A stretch of 64,000 nucleotides of DNA from Marsupella aquatica (taxonomy: Eukaryota; Plantae; Marchantiophyta), in assembly GCA_973895155.1 (NCBI GenBank), contig OZ316897.1, forward strand, positions 2,049,312-2,113,311. Reading direction: 5' to 3'. The translations under genes and the position numbers were made by a program. Under the pieces are notes generated by a model. The model was not told the DNA's origin. It ran no database searches and worked only from the letters and a program-made list of their open reading frames with translations. Below, in pieces: positions 52,601 through 64,000 of the stretch (its first letter is position 1; each line of letters starts with the position of its first letter).

Positions 52601-55600
52601 GGGGTCTCAAATATTGGGCCCTCATAGGTGTTCCCAGGAGGTTATCATTGCCGGTGCATGAGGAGGGATGTGGTTGAATTTAGCGGCAGTGAGGAATTTT
52701 TGCACCTCAAGTTTTAGGCCGGTAGTGTGACTTTGGGGTGGAGGAATTAGACGCAATGGTGTTTGTTTAGCATGAGAACGCCCTCCGCACATAGAGTAGA
52801 GTGAGTAAACGTAGCCCTGGCTGATGAGGTCAAATTTGGCGAGTGGTGATGTTGGACCGAGTCTGTCCCAAGAATCAAGAGACCCCATGGGAGGAGTGTG
52901 CAGGCTAGCCTGAGGGTGTCCCACACATTTTTGGGCCATGTTTGCCCAATCCTAACAAGGACACCTGCAAAACTCCCCCAGGCTGATGTTTGAGACACCC
53001 TAATAAAGGGACGGAAGAGGAAGGGCCACTCACAACAAGACCAAAGAGGTCTACAAGTCAAGGAGTCCCCCACAACAACAACGAACAAAGCCAAAACAAA
53101 GAACCCGCTAGGTACATTGTCGTACTGTATTGTTTAGCAAAACTATAAAAAAAATGCACTATTTATTCTAGTAATCATGCCCTCCTACCATGGATGAGTG
53201 GTAGTGAGACATGGTCACAAAGGTGTCCTCCTACCATAAATGACATGTTTCCGTCATGTATACCCAAGAGAAAAGATTCTTCCATTTTCTCCTCACTATA
53301 TGGTCTTGGTCTTTAGGAGGCAAACTAAACCCTCATGGTCAATATCTTGAACTTAATTCCAATTTTGCATTGAGGCACTTCAATGGACCCCACAGAAAAC
53401 TCAGCAGAGGTCAAGGAAAGGAAAGCCGCCTACTGAGGCAAATAATTTCTATTCTACATACACCTCTACATCTGAGACTACAAAATCCACTTTTCAAAAA
53501 TTTCACTCAATTCTTAGTGAATGTTGATAATCATGGATTACAATATGGTCTCTTCAATATACTTCCAGCGTCGTATTACCCGTGAATTCCAATTACAGTT
53601 TGACTCGGCAGTTCGGCAGAAATATGGAAAATTTGCTTCATTTTAACTCTTTTAAATTTAAACTAAAATCTTTGGTCCTGCATTCTTTAGAAGTAGATTG
53701 AAGAGATCTTTCTAATGCACCATAGTACTCCCAATTTTGTTATGAATGATTAATTGACTCAAAATTCTGTTGCTGCAAAGACATGTTGGTTGAGACATGA
53801 AAATTAATTAGTTCGTGGACCCTCTGGCTACATTTTTTAGGCCTTGTCTGAGTACAAATAATGTATGTAATATTAGCTTTAGCTCAAGTTGTGAGAGTCT
53901 ATTATGGTCCAAAATGATCTGGTACAACACACATTATTATGCTGAGATAGTTTTACAAATTTTAGTGATAGTATAGGATAAATTACCTCATCCAAATGTG
54001 ATTTTGCAGTCTTCTTCATAATGACCAGGAAAATGAGGGCTTTTAGCTTGAGTTTTGATTGGCTAATATGATCCATAATGCTCTTCTAGCAGGCATTAAA
54101 ACACTTAAGATCTATAAGATATTCTAACTAATTTTAGAACATTAACAAACCCAGGGCACAGTTTTTTTAGTTAGTTGATTTGGGCATTGGATGACACTAT
54201 ATTTGACCACTAAAGTGCCATGGGCACTCAATTTGAGTTGAGAAGACTACTTTCTCAAGATCAATTGAGAAGTTTTCTTTTCTCAACAACTAATCGGCCC
54301 TAAGCTTTCCAGTAGTTGAGTCCTGTTAATTTGTAGAAGATTTGTCAATGTACCTTCAAATAATTGGAAATTCTGGAGATTTCCCTGCACTCCAACTTTG
54401 GCAAGTTTTGAACTAGAGGTTAATAGCCTCAAGACCTTGACGCAACTATTCACCAAATGGAGAAGGGCAGAGCTTAAGCTTAGAGAAGAGAAGAGAGAAC
54501 TCTTATTAGGAAGGGAAGCTGGTAGTCAACAAGTACTAGGATAGATTTTACAGTTTGCATTGTTTAGATTAGATTTTCTCACAAAATTGTTGTGGACCCA
54601 TTCAACAATGGCCTGAGCAGTTTGGCATTCTTTCAACTGCCACACTTTGCTTTGTAGGCCAAAGTCGACAGTGTGGTTATCACAAGCAGTTGTCAAAATT
54701 AGGCCTTTTTGCTACATGCAACCAAATTCTCAAGATAAGAGAGTCAGAATTCAATCCATGGCAAGTCCATTTGAAATCAGATCAATGTCTGATCAAATGA
54801 ATTGTATCAGTTCGTTGAGTTCAAGTTTGGACCATAGTTAGCAAATTTGCCTTAATTGCAAAAGACCGGAAATCTTACTCCACGTGCAGTTACCCTTTAA
54901 CAACGACGTTATCAAGTTAGTTATTAGTTATTGCTTATTATATGAAAAATACTTTTTAAATCTTTGAATTTAATTTTTAAAATTGGATAGTAACTAAAAC
55001 GGTTACATAGTGACAGTTTTATCCGTCTTGCTCTTTGCATTTCTAATTTTTTACATTTCTTTTTATAGCATGGCGTCCCAAAATTTACACCCAAATTGAC
55101 TCAAACACAAATGAAACTCTAAGTTTGATTCACAAAACTGATGAGTCTTGTTTGTTGCGGTTGTTGTTGATGTGGCACGCTCTGGTGCCAGGAATTTTGG
55201 AAGGGGCCTCTCATGGGGTCTATAAATATGGAAGAAATTGGCTTCCTTCCCTTTGGATATTGGGGAGCAGCCAAATTGGCTTCCTTCCCTTTGGATATTG
55301 GGGAGCAGCCATAGATTCATGAAAGTCATCCTCAATAACAATTGAAAACTATCAGACACAAATCACAAACTGAGTAACAAACACAACATTCCCTGATTGG
55401 ATCAAAGAAGCTCACCAAACATCATCATTGGCAATTCCAAGCTGATCTGCCGTGGGGAAAAGCTTAGTATTGTGTGAACTGGCCTCAGTTTAAGCTGGAC
55501 AGGTTCTCAAAACTCTGAATTAAATATGCTTAATGGATTGACTACAGGCTATACTGAACAGTGTACCTGCTACACCTGGTGTCCCGCTTGTTACAGGTCA

Positions 55601-55689
55601 AGTCATGGTCTTTTAAGTCTACATCATAGGTTTTGCTCAAATTCATTCAAATTTATGGAACTCTGCATGGATAATTCTTCAATGTACCA

Positions 55690-55800
55690 TTGATAATTGT
55701 TCAATGCTTTCACTCTCCACTTACATCCATTGCCAATCATGGGTTTGGGATATCGATGCAATTTGGACTTTGTTGGTCCATTGCCTCTTACGCACAATAA
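55690..55800 (+). mobile_element. Ty3/gypsy integrase remnant
   Basis: FNAFTLHLHPLPIMGLGYRCNLDFVGPLPLT matches the integrase-core start L.PLPI....W.LDF.GPLP.T. Confidence 0.7.
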
Positions 55801-58456
55801 GAGGGGGATGGGGCTTTGCTACAGTGCTAGAGGACTTTCCAAGGATTCAGAGGCTGGTTTTCTTTTTTGTACACGTTTAATATGCAATTATAGCCAATGA
55901 AATGTGGGAACAAGCCAGACTTCACCTTAAATGAACTAAGTGGGGGCACTATTGGTAAAACCATAAATTATGGATTCTACTCATGTTCTAGTGCACCCGT
56001 TGTGGGTCCCTTTCATTCCTAATGTCTCGGCTAATGTGGCCATGTTTTCTTATCAAATACGTCCAGGTTTTTGAGGTATTCTGGAGAGTGGACTGCTTGG
56101 TCCGTTTACTTCTCCAGCCTGACACTTGGTGCATTTCAGATTAATAGCTACCAGAATCTCCACTTATGTCAGGAACAAACGTATACTAACAAATCTCTGA
56201 AATCGGAAACACTCTCTTTGCAATGGATTCTTTCCAACTCTCATCAATTTAAACTATTAATTCACATGGTTTTCACATCTACAGCGATTATCCTGCACCG
56301 AGTACTTCAGCTTGCGCCTGCTGATAAATCCGAGTCAAGCTACTGTCCCTATACTGTACCTACATATAACATTCCCATTGTGAAAACTTCCTGCATTTAT
56401 CTATTTCTGACTGACCTAATCATATTCACATTTCACTCGTTTAACCTTCAGAACGCACCCGGAGTCTATCCTCTATACGGTTTACATGGTAGACAAATCT
56501 GACCTCCAGAGTGCCAAGGAAGACAAAACTGAAGGTCCAGGGAAATTGTCCTGGTCAAGTCCGTGGCCTCACTCTCAATCTCATAAAGTTACAGGGAATG
56601 ATGGAGCAATATTGCAATCACTGGAAACACCGGACAACTGAGTACCGTTCTTCCGTAGCAGTGACAGTGTGACTGTCGCTACTCTCAAGGTATCATGGCA
56701 AAACAATTCATAATGTTACCTGACTTGTCGGGACTTACGAAAGCCCAATTTCTTCATCAACATTTCCGTAAAGTCTAGAATTTTCGCGCACATCTAAACG
56801 TTTTCCAGGACCTGATGTAGATAGGTCACGCTCACTGGATGAATCTGTCGGGTCAACAAGGTCATTTGCGGCCATACCACATCGACCACATTGAATGTCG
56901 TTATTCGGTGCAGCAAGATGACTCAAATCTGTCTCACTATTAAACACTGCGAGTTGCATCGTCTGTGTCCATTCCGCTTGAGGAATCTGCGAATGGCGTG
57001 TCGATATCGATGGCGTGTATTTCCGTCGGCCTTGGAACAAACATGCTGCGTCCAAATATCAACCCCGTGGAAACTGAGTATATGCAACACCACATGCATG
57101 AGTAAAGAAATTGAGGGCAAGCTTCCATCAGATCATTGTTTTGGGCATCCAGACATGTGTTATCTCACCTGTCCAAATTCAGGCTCCTGTACCCTCTACA
57201 ACGGAGTTTGAGGATGCACGGCGCAAGTTACAAGACACACTCAAAGGTCGGCACCCATTGATAGGGCATGTGGCATATGTCCATGCTAGAGGAAAATCAA
57301 AAGATGCAGTCTCTGGGTTTATTCAAAGACACAGGATAATCAATACTGAATGCTACAGAACATATTGCTACTAGTGCCGCCTGAATTCGCGAACTTGTGA
57401 GTGAAAAAGCATCTGTGGGCTCTAGAGCGCGATCCAAACTTTGGATCGTTCTTCAAGGCGCAATAAAAAGTCATAAGCTTCTGCCGCAATCTCAAAAGGG
57501 GTGCATGATTGTAAACAGTGGAACTTCCGCTCCATGATACTCTGCTTATTCGCAGTTCCGTTCAACTCTTACTGGTAAGCTCCGTCAAAACAGTGTTTTT
57601 GCGTGTACGAACGAAAAATGCATGAATACTCTGTTTCATTCGAGTTCCAGCACAAATTCATGGCCACCCAGCAGCGTTGCTGAGTGTAAGCCAATTTCTG
57701 TACAATTGCAATATCACAGGTTGACCGTAACTCAGTTGTAGGATACGAATTGAACCTAGGAATTGAAGGAATTGAAGGAATTGAACCTATGACATGGACC
57801 GGCTAGGTTATATTCACAGGTTGACCGTAACTGAGTTGCAGGATACGAATTGTTGCACTCACCACGCACAAATGTCAGCCGTTTATACAAGACGTCCACC
57901 CACTATTGGTGAGTACTTGGTGAGTACTTCCGTATCCCACACCCTAGACCGTAACCCGTGGTGTCTCGCTTTGCCATCGTCAGCGTGAGAGTCCAAAACT
58001 TCAAGAGGTATATGACCCTCTGCCTGACCTCGGCCACTGACAGAAACAGAGGAAAACGGGTACACACAAACTTATTTCCAAAATTGTGAGGTTACACAAA
58101 GAAAGGAGAATAGAAGACGAAAGGCGGATACAAAAACCCCAAAATCTAGAGGACCAAGCACACTAAGAAGAATGAAGAAACCGGGTAATGAGAAACTGAG
58201 CTTATTTCCAAAAAATTGTGAGGTTACACAGAGAACGAACAATAGAAGAAAGAAGAAGAAAGGCAGATACAAAATCCCCAAATCCAGAAGATCAATCACG
58301 CCTAACCTATGACATGGACCGGCAACCTGTGAACGGTCAACAGGCTAGGAATTGAAGGAATTGAACCTGTGAACGGTCAACCGGCTAGGAATTGAAGGAA
58401 TTGAAGGAATTGAACCTAGGACATGGACCACGAATTGAAGGAATTGAACCTAGGAC

Positions 58457-58853
58457 ATGGACCGGCTAGGAATTGAACCTAGGACCTCCAGTGTACATCA
58501 TAGTGATCTACCACAAAGCTACAAGTCCTTCATGCCTACATCCCTCATCAGTTCAAGTGAGGTTCATTTCCAACACCCTCCCTTGAGCTGCACCTGTCAT
58601 GCCTGCATCCCTCATCAGTTCAAGTGAGGTTCATTTCCAACACCCTCCCTTGAGCCGCACCTGCTACAAGGGAAACTCCTGTTCTTTGGCTCTGATACCA
58701 TGCTAGAATTGTCAACGGCATGGACCGGGTAGGAATTGAACCTAGGACAGGCTAGGAATTGAACCTAAAACCTCCAGTGTACATCATAGTGCTCTACCAC
58801 TGAGCTACAGGCCCTTCATGCATGCATCAGTTGAGTGAGGCTCATTTCCAACA
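58457..58853 (-). mobile_element. TRIM (miniature LTR retrotransposon) with tRNA-derived LTRs, Helenus-like
   Basis: 5'LTR 58853-58701 TGTTGGAAAT...AATTCTAGCA; PBS TGGTATCAGAGCCA 58700-58687; PPT AAGGGAGGG 58651-58643; LTR restarts at 58642 and, after a 67-bp duplication, at 58575; 3'LTR end lost in filler DNA. Confidence 0.9.
58458..58528 (-). ncRNA. tRNA-like cassette in the 3' LTR (second copy 58721-58814 in the 5' LTR, with duplicated T-arm); not a functional tRNA
   Basis: 71-nt GGACTTG TA GCTT TGTGGTA GATC ... CTAGG TTCAATT CCTAG CCGGTCC A; the 5'LTR copy has a perfect D-arm GCTC-AGTGGTA-GAGC; anticodon stem does not pair. Confidence 0.8.
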
Positions 58854-60062
58854 TGCTGAGTGTAAGCCAATTTCTGTACAATTGCAATATCACAGGTTGA
58901 CCGTAACTGAGTTGTATGGGCTGCGTCAGGTTGCTAAGAAGATCTGATCCCACCTTGCCCAATATACAATACTACCAACGGTAGCCAGCATTGCATACTA
59001 TCATAGCTCGCGGCCTGAAACCAGTTTCACTCTCTCGTTCACAGGAAGGCAAGGCTACCTTCACAAATAGCCTACTTGTACTGAAATCACAAAGACAATC
59101 AAGCTCGCCGTGTAAGAGTTGCCGGAAAGTCTGATAAGTTTTTAATCTAATCTTCACGAAAATTTGAGAAGAAAACAGAATAACTTTCACCACACCAAAG
59201 AACGCCACCATCGATACGAAGAAAATTTGAAGTGCGCGAGCTATTCATCGAAGGACGGGGGTAAAACAAGACCTGTGTACCGCATTTCGTGGTGTTCAGA
59301 ACAGTATTGTGATACAAATAACAGAGCGAGCCACCTGGGACACGAAGGATCGATGGGAAAAAAGCCAGAGGATACCAGGCATGGGATCAGTCGCAAACAT
59401 GGGTTTCCCGATGGAAACAGACTGCTATTCACCGAATTAACGACGAGACGACGCAGCTTTCGTAGAGAAATCCATATACACTGGCTAATGACGAACACTA
59501 ACCTGAGGAGTAGCACGTCCGGCTGCTCTTCACGTACCTCCTCAGGGACTTCTGTGGTGACACCATGAGGGCTCCTCCAAATCCTCCAAAGCCATCTGAA
59601 CCACTCCCAATTGAAGACCAGGGCTCTCAGAACTACGACAAACACAGCGCTTGACAGTACCCCGGCCAGCACGTTAAAAGCAAGGGCGTCCATCCCTCCG
59701 TCGATCAGAGATCCTTCTTGTCTATCCGCCGTCGATCGGAGATCGTTATCGTCTGTCGTCCGTCGATCAGAGGTCCTTCTCGTATGTCCGCCGTCGATCC
59801 CCGGACTCGGAAAGAGCTCGTCTGCAGAGTACGGCGTCCTTCTGGATGGGCCAATCTGTACCGTACGCACCCCGCCTCACGTACAAATGGTGCGTGTGAT
59901 TCGCACCAATCATAATAGGTGCTCGCTGCCTCGCTGGGCTTTATAGTTTACAAGACCGAACATCATTGGTAGAGAGATTTGCTTGGTGGGGTCTCACTTG
60001 AAAGCTGCTTAACAAGACCCAAAAAGTCCAAAATGACTTGGTGGGACCGAACATCATTGGTA

Positions 60063-60782
60063 GAGAGATTTGCTTGGTGGGGTCTCACTTGAAAGCTGCT
60101 TAACAAGACCCAAAAAGTCCAAAATGACTTGGTGGGACCTCAAACGTAAGCCAGCAAGAAGTTGCCGGGCCCTGCAAGATCCTCTCGTCGCAGCATTTAC
60201 CAGCGCACAGCACAGTCACCCTAAACCCACGACATTGTTCTCAGCATGTCTGGACATTGTCCACATCACTCTCAAATGATACTCTCCGATCCTCTTTTTT
60301 TTGTTTTTGTTTTTTTGCCTTGAAAACCGAAAGCAGGCCCATCCAACAGAGGATAGACGTCCTGCTTTAGAACATGCATTTCTATGCTCTCCGCTCCTCT
60401 TAGAGCAGCGCAGCACAGCTTGGACTCCAATCAACCACAATGTATAAACATTGGGTGCAATGGCACCCCGACTTTTTGCCAGGGAACTCACGGTAGCCTT
60501 GCCTTGCCTCCCGTGAGCGATGCAGTGGGCTCCAGATAATGGGTACACTTCACCTCCTGTGAGCGATGCAGTGGGGTCCAAATAATGGGCACACAATAAG
60601 TTCTCCCTATCCTCGCTCCAATGTAGTTTTTTGCCGTTCTACAATAGGGTAAGGTGCAGGGCCGGCAAAGTCATACTAAACCCGGTCGATCCTACGTTTG
60701 AGGTCCCACCAAGTCATTTTGGACTTTTTGGGACTTCTTAAGTCGGCAGCTTTCAAGTGAGACCCCACCAAGCAAATCTCTC
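60063..60782. mobile_element. Non-autonomous Mutator-like element (MULE), ~90-bp TIRs; left end plus TSD tandemly duplicated (59954-60044)
   Basis: TIR GAGAGATTTGCTTGGTGGGGTCTCACTTGAAAGCTGC...GGGACCTCAAACGTA inverted at 60693-60782; 9-bp TSD TCATTGGTA at 60054-60062 and 60783-60791 (also 59963-59971). Confidence 0.9.
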
Positions 60783-61274
60783 TCATTGGTATGGAGAGGC
60801 CTGGTAATTGTAACTTGCCAGCAAATAGTAAAATTTTTCCTAGCACGAGCAAAAAATGTTTCTACATGACCCTTATTTTTCTACATGCAAATGCCTGGTT
60901 ATCAACTGCCTGGCTGGTAACGTCTCTTTTGGGGATTCCCTTTTGGCTAGCAGAGCTAGCTAGCCATCTGCAGCTTTTATAAAAACACAAAAAATGTAAA
61001 AGGCACCTAAAAGGAATTGAAATTTGGAACCATTATTGTCTCCTTATCAAAATCTCCTCATTATCAAAATCTTCTGTTTGCTCACAACATAGAATACCTC
61101 CGAGAGGCCAGACCGGGCCTAGCCTCTCATACAAATGATGCATGTCATTTGCTATTTGACGTCATAAAAAGCAAGGTTTGCGTGCCTTGCCCTTCTATAA
61201 TGTAACGGCAAATCTTAAATCTAGAAAAATCTGATAATCAGGAAAATAATTGAATAGGTAATCTTTTGAATATC

Positions 61275-61338
61275 TTCTCCCTCACACATTTTACATTGGT
61301 CACTCTGGCTAAAAAGTTAAATCCTTAAAAAATACGCT
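61275..61338 (+). mobile_element. 3' end of an element related to the hAT MITE at 21849-22107
   Basis: TCTCCCTCACACATTTTACATT..CACTCTGGCTAAAAAGTTAAATCCTTAAAAAATACGCT matches 22042-22107; left end not found. Confidence 0.65.
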
Positions 61339-61377
61339 CTCTAGAAAATACGCTCTCTAGAAAATTGCGGCCGGCCA

Positions 61378-62016
61378 CGTTCGTGGAGCTTGCTGACTCT
61401 TTAGCTGGATACACATCAGGGACGTTCGTGGAGCTTGCTGGCTCTTTAGCCGATACCTATCAGGGAATCACAACGTTCGTGGAGCTTGCTGGCTCTTTAG
61501 CCGATCCTGCATAGACCAACATCAAAAAGGGGTCCCTATTATTATAGTAATAGATTGCCTATTATACCCGTGTCCCTATTATTATAGTAATAGATTGCCT
61601 ATTATACCCGAGACTTGGCCGTTAGTTCGGTTGACTTGGCCTCAAAATCTAATACTATACTAACCAATCCAGCCAAAAATGGTCGGTCTTTCTCGTACAA
61701 ACTCGTCAATATTTTTAGATTTATACTGTGTTTGATCATATCCTTAGATTCGCCAAAAAGCAATCTCGGAGCACACAACCCAATGTATTTTGGTATCTAT
61801 TATTACTAATCCCGACTATGTGTTCTTTAAACCGTGAATAAAGAAGAGAATAATAAAAATACTATTATGGTACTCCCGGCTACGGCTACGGAGGGCCGTC
61901 TCAAAATTCTTCCCCCCCCCCCCTTTTAGTGGGCGTCAGCCTGGCCGCGTAGTGGTGGCTACGGCTACGGCGGGCCGTCTCAAAATTCTTTCCCCCCCCC
62001 CTTTTAGTGGGCGTCA
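61378..62016. repeat. Cluster of short tandem duplications (CGTTCGTGGAGCTTGCTGGCTCTTTAGC x3; ~39-bp x2; GGCTACGGCTACGG..CCCCTTTTAGTGGGCGTCA x2)
   Basis: Direct inspection. Confidence 0.8.
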
Positions 62017-62444
62017 TCGCGGCCCCGTCTTACGTTTCTTACTCATGTTGAGAGGATTTGGGCTATTCGGAAATTGCCGTGGAAACAGTAGAGGCTGGAA
62101 GGGAACACGGGGTGACCAGAGCCCGACAGCTGGAGGGTAGGTGCCCACGTGCTTGGTCGTTATCGGTTGCTTTGTATGAGGAATCGGGACAATTCGAGGG
62201 TATTGAATAACTGGATGCTAGGTGACTTTCCCAGTTGCAAGTGTGTGAAGTGCCCCTGTGACGTGTCCGTGAGAGTTGAGAGTCCCTTGAGGATTCTCTC
62301 TGCTAATCCCTCCCTTTCAGACCACTATGGTCTACCTGTGGCCTGTTGCTAATCCCTCCCTTTCATCCCACTATGGCCTACCTGTGGCCCGTTAGCTCCT
62401 GACTATGGCACTGTTAGCTCTTTTCCCTGTGGTTTCTTGTCTTC

Positions 62445-62582
62445 TTTCTAGGTTTTTGGGGTTTCCTTTTGCTCACTTCTTTTGAGTTTGATGTTTGTCG
62501 CTTGTGACCTCTTTTGTTTGTCCTTCCTTGTACTTTGTTTGGCACTTTTTGTAAACACCTTGTCATGTTTCTCTCTTTCATC
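62445..62582 (+). mobile_element. 3'UTR fragment homologous to CRE-type subfamily A
   Basis: GGTTTTTGGGGTTTCCTTTTGCTCACTTCTTTTG..GACCTC..TTGTACT..TTTCTCTCTTTCAT aligns with the reverse complement of 46048-46180. Confidence 0.7.
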
Positions 62583-64000
62583 GTTGAACGCTTGATTCTG
62601 ATTATCAGCAGAGGCACCATAACTAAGAACCCTAACAATAACAACCTTAAAGTTAGTGGTCAATATATCACCTCCAATCTCTATGTAGATGTTCAAGAGC
62701 CTTCTGCAGTAGTGGAACCTGTTTGAGTAGTCAGATCAATTGAAAGGCAGCAGGTTGTTGTTCATTAACTCGTGGAATGAAACACAATTAGTCTTTGGAA
62801 ATCACTTACAGAATTGGCAACGCATTTCACAGAGCAGCTGACGAACAGAAAACGAAGCCAGAAGAATCGCGTTTCTGACGTTGAAACAGAGCCCTGAAGA
62901 TAGACATGATTTGCTATTCCTTCATCCAATTTTCCCAGTTTCCCCGTTCAGAGAATGATGTTGAAAGAAACAAACGAGTTTTGTTACCATAAGGGCAACT
63001 TTAACGGACAAACTCCAATGTTTGCAAACATTGAAGGAAATCTAATGAATCAACTTTCTCGAAACTCGATTTGTCGGTAGTTGGAGCCTAGCATGGAGTT
63101 GACGGTTTACCGTCAATATTCCGAAGATTGGCATCAAGTTCAAGTTCGTATTGGAATTCGTTGGCTGATGCAGATCCTTGATAGCCAGCAAGCTATGCAC
63201 TGCTGGAGAGTTCCTCGCCTAACACGAAAACCTGTGTTGCGTTTTGGCAGGTTTTGGTGACATATATTATAAAATGGGGCGGTAAGAGCACTTGGCACTG
63301 TCTTTCAGAGGTGGTGAGGAACTCCTCTACCATGAATCCAAGGCTGGAGCAAAAACATGAAGATTTGATGAGTGTGCGCACGTGGTGTTCAGGTGCGACG
63401 TACTAAAAAACAATTGGGTTTTCTCCAAGTAGAACGCGGTTCCTATCAGGGAACTCCACAACATACTGGTATTGGTGCCTACTTCAAAGAATGATGCTCA
63501 GCAGCATATATATATATAGTCTTCACTGTTCATCATCTCCATCCTTTTACGTGACATTATGGAACATGATATTAAGACAGAAATCATGTGTGAAGTAGCT
63601 CTCATCCAAAGTGGTCACAACGTTGTGTCGTAGAATTATAATTCAGTATTTCCTTGCATCACTGGAGAATCACGGGTTGGACATTTTTGAACCTCCGAAG
63701 TCGCATTCCAGGACATGCATTCACGCGTCAATGTCTTTGTGGAAACATATGACTGGAATCAACAGAGGGCCTTGTCCACTTGTCCACAAGGCAGGAGAGT
63801 TTGAACAACCATGTGCGGGACTCAAATAAAATTCTTTCAATCTTCCAATTTCCACCCACCAAAGCATCTCAAGCTAGCAAAGTGCACGTTCAGTATGGTC
63901 GTCTCACGAGCCAAAGAAAATGCGGCCGCAACCATCAGCACAACTCACTATCAAATTCTCCAAATACTGACGGTTCTAAACACTGAAGCTTAGGTGTGGT

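Larger units (their letters stand above)
56418..59925. repeat. Copy 2 of the 2.2-kb duplication, interrupted by a 1.1-kb insertion (57741-58853); putative orphan exon 2 is frameshifted here
   Basis: Sequence identity to 42439-44630; CTATTAAACAC vs CTATCAACAC indel near 56940. Confidence 0.93.

Noticed and set aside
52600-54850. Decayed LINE or other TE coding remnants
   Set aside because: Only vague RT-like peptides; no motif I can support.
58721-58814. Functional tRNA gene
   Set aside because: Anticodon stem does not pair, the T-arm is duplicated, there is no oligo-T terminator, and it lies inside an LTR.
61357-61594. Mini-Helitron on the minus strand (ATCTATTACTATAAT start, CCACG-AA-CGTGG hairpin, CTAG)
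   Set aside because: CTAG is not followed by T and both ends are locally duplicated; insufficient support.

Overview
Land-plant nuclear DNA (intron-containing genes, TTTAGGG telo-boxes; protein and TE families look bryophyte-like, species not determinable). 1-35 kb holds five + strand housekeeping genes: GT47/exostosin (ARAD1-like), Tim21-like, an AT1G80700-like small membrane protein, coatomer alpha (COPA) and adenylosuccinate lyase. COPA and ADSL each have a tandem-repeat array directly upstream. 35-64 kb is accessory and TE-rich: an intronless group-A-like bZIP, a near-intact CRE-type (RT + restriction-like endonuclease) non-LTR retrotransposon plus truncated relatives, a Helitron, MULE and foldback elements, and a ~2.2-kb duplicated unit carrying a possible orphan gene. 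The most striking signal is a miniature LTR retroelement (TRIM, 58457-58853, minus) whose LTRs carry a tRNA-like cloverleaf with Pol III A/B boxes, with an iMet PBS and PPT only 58 bp apart, embedded in a patchwork templated insertion. All homology calls are from motif recognition by eye; no searches were run.
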